A stretch of 62,982 bases of DNA, filler included, from Hausera hauseri (lineage: Eukaryota): the NCBI GenBank assembly GCA_046269625.1. It is 13 parts of 13 records of this genome, joined end to end, with 100 filler letters (N's around TTAATTAATTAA, not from the genome) between each part and the next. Parts side by side here need not be neighbours in the genome. Positions count along the whole stretch, not along the records: positions 54,581 to 58,934 come from JBJURY010620998.1; positions 59,035 to 62,982 come from JBJURY010865519.1; 11 more parts are not named here. The stretch is one strand, 5' to 3'. Numbering within the stretch: position 1 is the first letter of the stretch; each line of letters begins with the position of its first letter. The position numbers and the translations under genes are program-made. This document shows positions 54,581 through 62,982 of the stretch, one piece after another. Below the pieces are notes generated by a model. It was not told the origin of the DNA, did no database searches, and worked only from the letters and a program-made list of their open reading frames with translations.

Positions 54581-57500
54581 TGATGAATTGTTGTAAGCTT
54601 ACGGGTAGTTGCTGGAATATTGTGAGTGACGATGAACCACGGCTGCTGGCAGTACTTTGTGTATGTTGATTGATTGTTGGTGAGGAATCGAGTGGAGTTT
54701 GAAGTAGAATGGTCGAGTTCGGGACCTTATTTGACTAAGTGTAGTTGTTCAATAATTTTACTGAAGATACCAGATCGTGAATGTCGACATTGAGCTATGA
54801 CTGACTGTCGACGTTGTCCTTTGGAAGCTTACGATGTAAAACGTGATAGTTAAGATAATTAGTATGAGGTATAGATCGTTTCAAAATTGACTGCCTACTT
54901 GCAGTTGGCTGTGTTGTCTTCGGGGTGCTGTCTATTCCTGTGCTACAGTCTTCAGGTGTATTTGATTTCAGGCAGCGTCGGTTACAATCGACTAGCAAGT
55001 TATAGTGTGACAGAAAATCGGAGCCAAGTATTGCCGTCTGGACGTTAGCGACTGTAAACGTCCAATGAGATGGTGAGGAAAATTTTGGCAGAGTGAAAGA
55101 TAATTTTCAAGTTCCGGCAATATGAAGAGATTGACCGAAGCGGTGTATAAAGGTTTTGTTTTAAGTGAAGAATGTTGGACCGGAAAATAGTGGGAATAGT
55201 GAGATCGCTTCAACGGTATCGATGAGAAAGTCTATCGATTGAATATTAGAAGTGGAGATAACAGCTTTTAGTGTAAAGACTGCAAAAGAAATGTGTCGGC
55301 AAGAGGAATTAGGTAAATTGCCTTTGCCAGAATCTGCCGAGAATACTGGCGGTGAAATCAGTTTTTTACGATTGGTGAGATAGGACGGTTACTGTTAGAG
55401 GAACTTACACGTCCATCAGTGGTGTAGTTATTGTTATTTTTATAGTTACAGCCTGAAATACAATTCCAAACATTAGATCCAAATTTTGCGTGATAGCTGC
55501 AAACTATGTTATCTGAGTGTAGATTCGGCGAATAAAATCTACACCCTAATTTGCTTTATTATTAAATTTGTTATGGTAATAACATATAAATGACCGCGTT
55601 GGTGACGGTATTCGATTTCTGGAAAGAGAACGCGTTCGATGAGGGGAGGAACAATTCCGTCGATGTAAGGAAAGATCATTTAGTTTATCATTGATGGTGT
55701 TGATTGTGTGTTGTAGTGCCGCATTTTCGGCGCGTAAATGGTTCAGTTGGTTCTCTATAGATGTATGTCGCTGTTTGTCATATGTCGTAATTGCAACTGA
55801 TATGATGGTTTGTGATTGTATTTGTAAGACTTCGTGTGTTTTATCGGCCAATTCAGCTAGTTTATCCAAAACTGTAGAATCTTCAATAACAGGAAGTAAA
55901 GCTCTAATTTGAATGGGTAAAGCATTAGGGAAATATCGGCGAAGTAGATCCGGGTTGTGCTCCTTGATGACATCCTAGGTACGTAAGTGGGCCAACGAAG
56001 TGCGTAAGAAATCACTAGGTTTTTGTGTCCCCATTGCGTTTTCATTAAAGAAGCGTTGCATTATCTAGTCAAGTGGTGGTTCTGTCAGTTTTAATACAGC
56101 ATTGAACAATTGCGTATAAGGGTCAGTGTTGAAAGATGTCTAGTAAGTTATGGACTGGGGTCTTTATGGAGTTTGGTAGCAGGCAGAGTAGATTATGGGC
56201 CTTGGTTAGCGAGTCGGTGATGCCGTTGGATTGTAACCAAAGTTGATGGCAGTGGAGCCAAGTCTTACTAAAATTTTCATCGTCTAAAATATTCAGAGCA
56301 ATGGTAGGGTGTAATTGTAGCGTTTTTGTGAGGAGAGATACTATCGGATGAAGTAGGTGGATGGTTTGATTTGGGATAATAGAGAATGGATTTGGATTTT
56401 GTGGTCACCTTATCTGTGATGTTACTGGTTGATGAAGAAATAACACCGCCACGGATTCTAGGGTGAATGTGAATAGAGAGGTAGTAATGTGAGAACATGA
56501 TGTGTGGGAGGTCAGTTAAAATAAAACCATTGTGAGTCAAATAGAAATCGTTGAAGGCGGTGGTATCATGAATGAAGGCATATAATTGTAATGGGTCGAT
56601 ACGCCGTGTGATGTGTACGGTCTGTATTAAGTTACTATTGACAAAAATGTAGAAGGAAAACGGTGGTGATAGACGGCAAACAGGATAATGTGGTATCTCG
56701 ATGTGATCATTAGAAGCCAAGAGGGTTGTTATTTCTTTTAAGGGATCTGATCGATAATTGTGGTTTGACATCCAATCTAAAACGGCGCTCGAAATATTTC
56801 TTTGAAATCCTTTTCGAATATTGAAGTTAAAATTTCGTGGATATTGTCTTAGTCGAAAAAGTTTATTGGATGTCGAATCGTTGCTGGTGTTTATTAAATA
56901 TGCCGCGTTTAGGTTGATGCTGATAGGTATAGCCTCCGTTGATCTGCCATCAAAGTCCGTGGAATTAGAAAGGAAATCCCCATACGGCATTTGGAAACAA
57001 CTGCCCGTTGGTAGATACGAATTAACGACGGGATTATCGTCGTTCGTTTGCAACGATATGTTTGCTTTGCTGGCTGCTAACGAATTGGGTATTGCTGTTG
57101 ATGCATGGCACAGAATTTAATCCGGAATAAATCGGCTTTTGCCGGGTTTTCTGCTGGTAGTTAGAAACTGAGAATCGATGGATCCGCCAATCTCGTTCTG
57201 CAGTGATGCAACGGCATCACTGGCGGTGTTCTGGCTGCCGGAATTTAACTTGTACAGTCCGTGAGAAGAGCCAATTTGTGATGAGGGAGACAGTTGGGAC
57301 GAGGGAGATGACGTAAACATGCAGTACACAGCTGAGTCGATGGATTTCATTCATGTGAGAACGATGTCCGCCGAATGGAAATAACAGTCGGATTTGCCGA
57401 CGGTCAGATTAAATAGATTGTGTCCGCCATTTGTCACAACAACATTGTGTCTGATAAACACTACATTACAATTGGTAAATATGACTGCCGATGAAAACAC

Positions 57501-57600
57501 ATCAGCGCAACTCGCATAGGAATCTATTGGGCGCATTGCAGAGTCGAATCGAATATCCTCAACATTTGAATAATGAATTATTTCGATGTCACTGCGTCCA
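54581..57600 (-). mobile_element. Ty3/Gypsy CsRN1-like element (copy E3): long leader, Ubl, gag, frameshift, protease, start of RT linker
   Basis: SKTWLHCHQLWLQSNGITDS, DKLAELADK, CYYHNKF, CSYHAKF..CISGC, GTA AAA AAC TGA, DFLIDT. Confidence 0.9.
56445..56663 (-). CDS. Ubiquitin-like domain (73 aa, ends RIRGG) upstream of Gag in E3
   Basis: PFSFYIFVNSNLIQTVHI...FIHDTTAFNDFYLTHNGFIL...LSIHIHPRIRGG; colinear with the E1 domain and with ubiquitin (QIFVK, IQDKEG, LRLRGG). Confidence 0.78.
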
Positions 57601-58431
57601 AATACTTTTTTAATTTAAAAAATGAGTTCGTCCAAAGTTCCTTCATTTGAATCCAACTGAATCCTCTCCAAAGAAGATTCCTCATGTTCAGTTTCATTTT
57701 TGTCTGAGAAAACATTACGCGTCCACCTTATAAATTGTTTACGTCAATCTGAATTACGGAACAAAAGTATCAGTCTAGCTGTTTCAGAGCTGTGTTCATC
57801 ATCTCGGCAGTTAAGAGCGACCCATTGATTAAACGAACCAATATACATTATAAATGTGCGATCTGTTTCCAATATCATACAGATCTTAGTCACGAAACTC
57901 CGCTATCCTGTTGATCCGTCTCAAGGTCACTGTAAGATTCACACTCGCCCGGCTGTTTACATGACAACACTGAGGACCAATTGGGCAGAAGGGTATCTAC
58001 TTGAATATCAATCTGCCTCCTGCCCGACCTAAAATCGTTAGAAAAGAAAGCATTGGTTCTTGAAAATTGATAGAATCCCAAAGAAGTAAATGGGGATGCA
58101 GTTGAGAGAGATGCAGATAGTAAATTGCTGGCTGATAATTTCCTTGATGCGCTAAAGTAATCGTAAAGTCGCTCGTCCACAAAAAACGACATTTGTCTTG
58201 TTACAGCAACTGTCATGGACAGCTGAAACTCGTTGTTACTTTAACGTGTCCGTTCACAAAACAGAATTACACGTTCATTATCTGTGCTTATTCCAGTCCG
58301 TTTTGATTCAGACAATCCAGAAGCCAAATCAAGGCGCCGAATATCGTTGTAGGGCCAACACCATCTGGGTGGCACATACATGGAATATTCACCGTACCAA
58401 TCATATAATGTTATCTTTCAGATTATCGCAA

Positions 58432-58896
58432 CTACCTTGACACATTTTCCTGGTTGCGGGGATAAATCATCCAAATAACCATCATCCAATTGTATGTTAA
58501 TGAAGAAGTAAATATCAGAACAATAATATATGGTAAAGGAATCAGTACTGCTGCTGTGGTACTTGTGATAAGACAATCAGTTTGATTTGCATGGGTAATA
58601 TTGTAAGTCAATGTTTTGTAAACTGAACTATTGTAAACAATTGCCAAATAATTTTGAACTGCTTTTACTAATTGTGGTGTGTTTTGAGTGATGATTGATA
58701 TTACAACATCTCTGATATTCACTGTTAATGTTGAGTTCGATATTTGAAAATGTATATATTGAAGTATTCCGAGTCTTAATGGTTGAGTCAGACCTGATTG
58801 CCTTAACGAGCGGGAAAAATTGTTCACTTCACTTTGAGTTAGTGACTGCGTTATGGTCATGTTTGGATCTATGACGAATTGCATGGAATTGTTCAA
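58432..58896 (-). CDS. Fragment of a possible membrane protein (N-glycosylation sequons followed by a hydrophobic stretch)
   Basis: Several NxS/T sites, then AAVLIPLPYIIVLIF...WMMVIWMI; no family recognised. Confidence 0.3.
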   Translation of the reverse strand: MNNSMQFVIDPNMTITQSLTQSEVNNFSRSLRQSGLTQPLRLGILQYIHFQISNSTLTVNIRDVVISIITQNTPQLVKAVQNYLAIVYNSSVYKTLTYNITHANQTDCLITSTTAAVLIPLPYIIVLIFTSSLTYNWMMVIWMIYPRNQENVSR

Positions 58897-59761
58897 AGCA
58901 TAATATGCGTTCTTTTGGAGTATGAAGGAACAAGNNNNNNNNNNNNNNNNNNNNNNNNNNNNNNNNNNNNNNNNNNNNTTAATTAATTAANNNNNNNNNN
59001 NNNNNNNNNNNNNNNNNNNNNNNNNNNNNNNNNNGAAATTTCCAAAACAGAAATGACAAACAATAAATTAAAACTGCTGTAACACTTTGGAATAGAAAAA
59101 AAAACATTAATAATTGTTTTAAAACGCAATAAGTCCTAATAAAAGTCATTTAAAATCAAATTAGGACCAGGAAAGTTTTCTGAAACATTTACGTTTTAGA
59201 TAATGTTGGGCTATGTTGTTGTTTGATCTCCTCCCTCGCCGAGCGTCAGCTCTTCTGGATGAACCCTGATAAGGGCTGTAGTCCTAAGAAGGACTCAGGA
59301 GTAGTAGTTGCGTTGGGCATTCCTTCTGTCCAAGTGGAGTCTAGTAGGAGACCGGGGTCCTCCAGGCTTCAGTGCAATGCTTGGCCTCCTAGAAGTGATC
59401 CATTTCTGAACTGGGGACTATAAGAATCCTTCCAACGTTGGCCAGAATTGCTTCTGTTTCCAGAACTCACTACGAGTAAGTGTTGAATGGTCTTGGCCAG
59501 TATGTTACTGGCCCCGACTAATGTTCGGATCTAAACATAACTCTGGCACTCTCAGTTTTTGGCGGGTGTGCGCCTGGTGAGGGTAGGTGGGTACATTTTG
59601 CGATGTAGCGGTAAATGACCAATGCAGCTAACGAGCCGCTCCCACCGTCAGAAGCGAACATCAAATTTGGGAGTACGTATGACCGTAAACGTCGCTTAAC
59701 GTGTTATTTCCTTACTGCTGCATCACCTGATCTTTTAATTTCTGTACAGCAATGATGGAGT

Positions 59762-59990
59762 GTGGTCCGCCGTGGCCGAGTGGTTAGTGCACTTGGCTGC
59801 TGAGTTCAATTCCGGCCGCCGGACCTCAGGTTCACCCAGCCTTAAATGGGTACCAGGGTAAAACTTGGGAAATAAATGCGGCGAGAAAGGTTGTGGCGTC
59901 CCTACTCACAAAGCCGAAGCCTAGAAAAATGAAGGCACTAACACTTCATTCCCCTACAGCATTCACCAATGCTACGGGAGTGGCTTTTTT
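59762..59990 (+). mobile_element. tRNA-headed SINE with MetaSINE-like core; a second partial copy lies at about 62080-62235
   Basis: A box TGGCCGAGTGG, B box GAGTTCAATTCC, core CACCCAGCCTTAAATGGGTACC (CACCCAGCCTCAAAAATGGGTAC at 62091). Confidence 0.75.
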
Positions 59991-60499
59991 AATGATGGAG
60001 TTGCCTCTCCATTCTACACATTTTCTGCATGCCTGGGCTAGCAATATGGAGAAAGTATCGCGCCACTGTTGCACTACCCACTCTCATCCTCACTGATATG
60101 ACACAGTCGATACACCTGGGAATCAGACAGAGATGCAGGGGATGTCAGAACACAGGTTGAGACAGACCTCTCTATCTACTGCCTTAGAGTCCCTCCCTAC
60201 GAATTTTTCAGAAAGCCCCAAATTCTGCTTCAACTTTACCGAATTATCAGATTTTGTGTGACATTCCGTACAGAATACTGCGCGAGACTTCAGATTCTGC
60301 GTAAAATTCCGCACATGCAGAATTCCAGCAGCACTTGATCAACTCACAGAAGATGACTTCAGCTTCTTCAGTCTTTCTATGCACCTTTCAGCATTTACTG
60401 TTCCTCTACTGCAGCATGACGAGAAGAATCACACCCTTCTTCTAGAAAACGTAGGCCATGACTTCCCCAGCCGATGGTGCGCTTTGTTGTTTTTTTTCT

Positions 60500-60995
60500 T
60501 TTCCTTGGTTATATTCTTCCTCTTCTGTGATCCTCGGTTATGGATACAGCTCTGCTTGAGACATGAACGAGGCTCTCCTTCCCAGGTCGTCGGGGCTTCC
60601 TGCTGAACTCTGTGTCTGTGGAAACATATCTGCCGGAGAGTTGTGTAATATATGGCATGGAGTCTGAACATCTGTGCCGGTACGCAAATAGGAGACTGCT
60701 GGCGATGCATGTTATTTTAGGCCGCAGTGCCCAGTTCTGAGCCTTTATTCTTTTCTTTCCAGCTTGGGTATCTTGTATTGTGCCATTCCAATGCCTTTTC
60801 TTGTCTTGGCTCCGTAACCTAAATGGTCGTCGGGGCGTCAGCTATTAAACGCCTGACTGTGTTCCCTCATAGCTGTCTAATGTCATACATCTTCTTTAGT
60901 TCTCAAACGACTTTCATGCCCACGTTTGGACCTTTGTCCATGCCAGAGCTTCGGTCTCTTTTTCGTCTTTTTTTGACCGGCACCTTCAGGATGGC
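60500..60995 (-). mobile_element. Decayed non-LTR retrotransposon C-terminus (I/Nimb-like CCHC region)
   Basis: RLRTGHCGLK*HMHR..SPIC..(fs)QTPCHILH. Confidence 0.6.
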
Positions 60996-61414
60996 ATCTG
61001 CCAGTCCGTTTGTTCCACACCTTTGTAACTTACGTGTTTCAATTTTTGTTAGTGGGTCTCTATATTGCCCTATGTTTTTTTCCGATTTTTTTTGCGTACT
61101 TCAACATTGTAATAAGATCTGTGTATGATATTTCCGTGATTGTTTTGATGCATCATGATACAACTGTTTGTATTTTACTCTCAAATTCGCTAGTTAATGT
61201 CCATGTCTTACATTCATATAGAAATATGTAGATGAACATTGTATGAATCGTTTCATCCCAGCTTTCAATCAATTATCATTATTAATTCGAAAATGGGTAA
61301 ACCATAACGGCCACTACCTGGGAAACAATTCCAATTGAGAATCTACCTAAGACGATATCCTCAAGGTGGGGGGGGGGGGGGGGTTTCACCGAGTCGTTTA
61401 CCAAACTGGGATCC

Positions 61415-61585
61415 TCTGATCATCATCAGGTGTCGAGATATGCAGTGTAAGTCGTCATGGATCTCCATCTTGTACAATTCCTGATGTCCCCAATCATCTC
61501 TGCCATTGACCGTCTTCCAAGCCATCCACTCGGACCATCTAAACACTCCATTCTCCACAGTCCACCACTGTTTTTTCACCAGTAT
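61415..61585 (-). mobile_element. RTE LINE 3' end remnant
   Basis: WRMECLDGPSGWLGRRSMAEMIGDIRNCTRWRSM...T* followed by a TGA-repeat tail; similar to 45-231. Confidence 0.7.
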
Positions 61586-62982
61586 TTAGCCTGTTATGAT
61601 ATTACGGAGGAGAGTGAAGAGCTTATGGATTTATATCCGCGTGCAAAGATGCTGATCGCTCGACTAAATTATGCGCCGGTGGTCAAGTACAAATTTGGAA
61701 ACTACTAGTTCCATGTTCCCTTAATCATTCCCAGAATGCACTCCAGACAAGCAGTATCACAGTGACGGGGAGCCACAGTAGTGAAGTGATTAACACTTGC
61801 TTGCCGATTACTCAGCTTGATTTAATATAAGCTGTGATGAGTTGGATTTACTTCAACCGGCAGTCATCCGTTAAAAATACTTTGGCAGTTGAAAATTGAA
61901 AAAGAGTAGGCCTAACGGCCGCTGTCCAGGAAAAATTCTAGGAAAAACCTACCCAACCTACAGGATTCCCTGAGTAGGTGCACTGCGCTGAGATATTCCA
62001 GAATGGAGAACATATGGATACATATCCGTGTGCAAAGATATTGACCTTTGACTAAACTAAATTAATTCAACCAGTTCGGCTCCAGGGGCTCACCCAGCCT
62101 CAAAAATGGGTACGAGAGAAATTCTCTGGGAAAGTAAAGGTATCCTTTCGTTACTCTGACAACACTTTTTTGTGCAAGGAAAATATATGGATACTCACTC
62201 CCCATTCCCTTATGCTCCTGGCTTTAGGCATGGATGGTCGTGTCTTATTGCCTCATCAACTGTCTGACCCATGTATTAACTAATTGACATGACAAAGAAA
62301 AGATCACTCAGATCTTGCATCACCAGAAGCAACCAATCCAGGCTCACACTTTACAAAATTTATTCTCTGTCTGTACAAACAATACTTAAACAAAAAAATC
62401 ATGTCTTAAAGTTGGTCCGTACGTGTTTGTCTTGTCTTGTTTTTGATCCAGTCATCGAGCGTCCAGTGTGACAGAGTGAGATTTATGACATAAGCGGTAT
62501 AAATAGAAAGTAAGTGAGAGTAAGTTCCCTTTTGACCCGAGAATATTCCCGTTGATCTGATTGGTTAAGAAGTGTCATGTGACCTTAGAGGATATCCCGA
62601 CTTAGTCATTGAACATGCTAAGGAGACAGGCAGTTTCAGCTCAGAAGTCGAGGGGATAAGATGTAAGACTTTCCCTGGGCAAGACGATGTCCATCTTGTC
62701 GTCGGACCAGACCACGTTGGTCTAGTCTAGAGCTGGAAGATGTTTCAAGAAGCTTTCCAGTAACCATTTTCTCCATTTCGTGGCGGTTGAAAACTCGAGT
62801 AGGCCATTTTTGGTCTTCCCTGAACAACAGATGGGTGTTCGAGCAGTATACAAGTTTGTGAAAGCAATTATTTCTACACGACGTGCCGATCTTGTGGTCT
62901 ACACAAGGGTATAGAATAAGCATTCCAGTCAACGAGATGAAGAACCATATCAAGGCTGTAAGTAAGAACTAAATCATTCATT

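Noticed and set aside
59762-59820. tRNA gene
   Set aside because: Has A and B boxes but a truncated anticodon arm, and continues into a SINE core.

Overview
This is not one locus. It is 13 unrelated eukaryotic (metazoan) contigs joined by an artificial 100-nt spacer (N44-TTAATTAATTAA-N44), so synteny across the spacers means nothing. Most contigs are AT-rich, invertebrate-like and dominated by decayed mobile DNA: three related Ty3/Gypsy elements of CsRN1/Kabuki type plus an extra 3' end and several LTR heads (TGTGGTGCC); three Polinton/Maverick (adintovirus-like) fragments (integrase, PLA2-like domain, major capsid, two tandem minor capsids, protein-primed PolB); Penelope GIY-YIG, mariner, RTE and other LINE remnants; tRNA-derived SINEs; and a 3.9-kb GAAC-derived satellite. 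Two contigs look teleost-like (a Rex3/Expander-type RTE and a POLQ pseudogene), suggesting mixed or host-contaminated material (inference). Host-gene remnants include Na/K-ATPase, a FAPP-like PH domain, EGF repeats and a DNAH6-like dynein segment. There are three long intact intronless ORFs: a C2H2 zinc-finger protein, an apparently catalytically dead REX4/ISG20-like exonuclease, and an orphan. The main candidate for a new system: both Gypsy copies whose 5' region is present encode a divergent ubiquitin-like domain ending in RIRGG, fused in frame just upstream of Gag. This suggests Gag is released by a host deubiquitinase. The same family has a doubled CHCC zinc motif, an A_AAA_AAC -1 frameshift site and a conserved RVxF motif at the Pol C-terminus.
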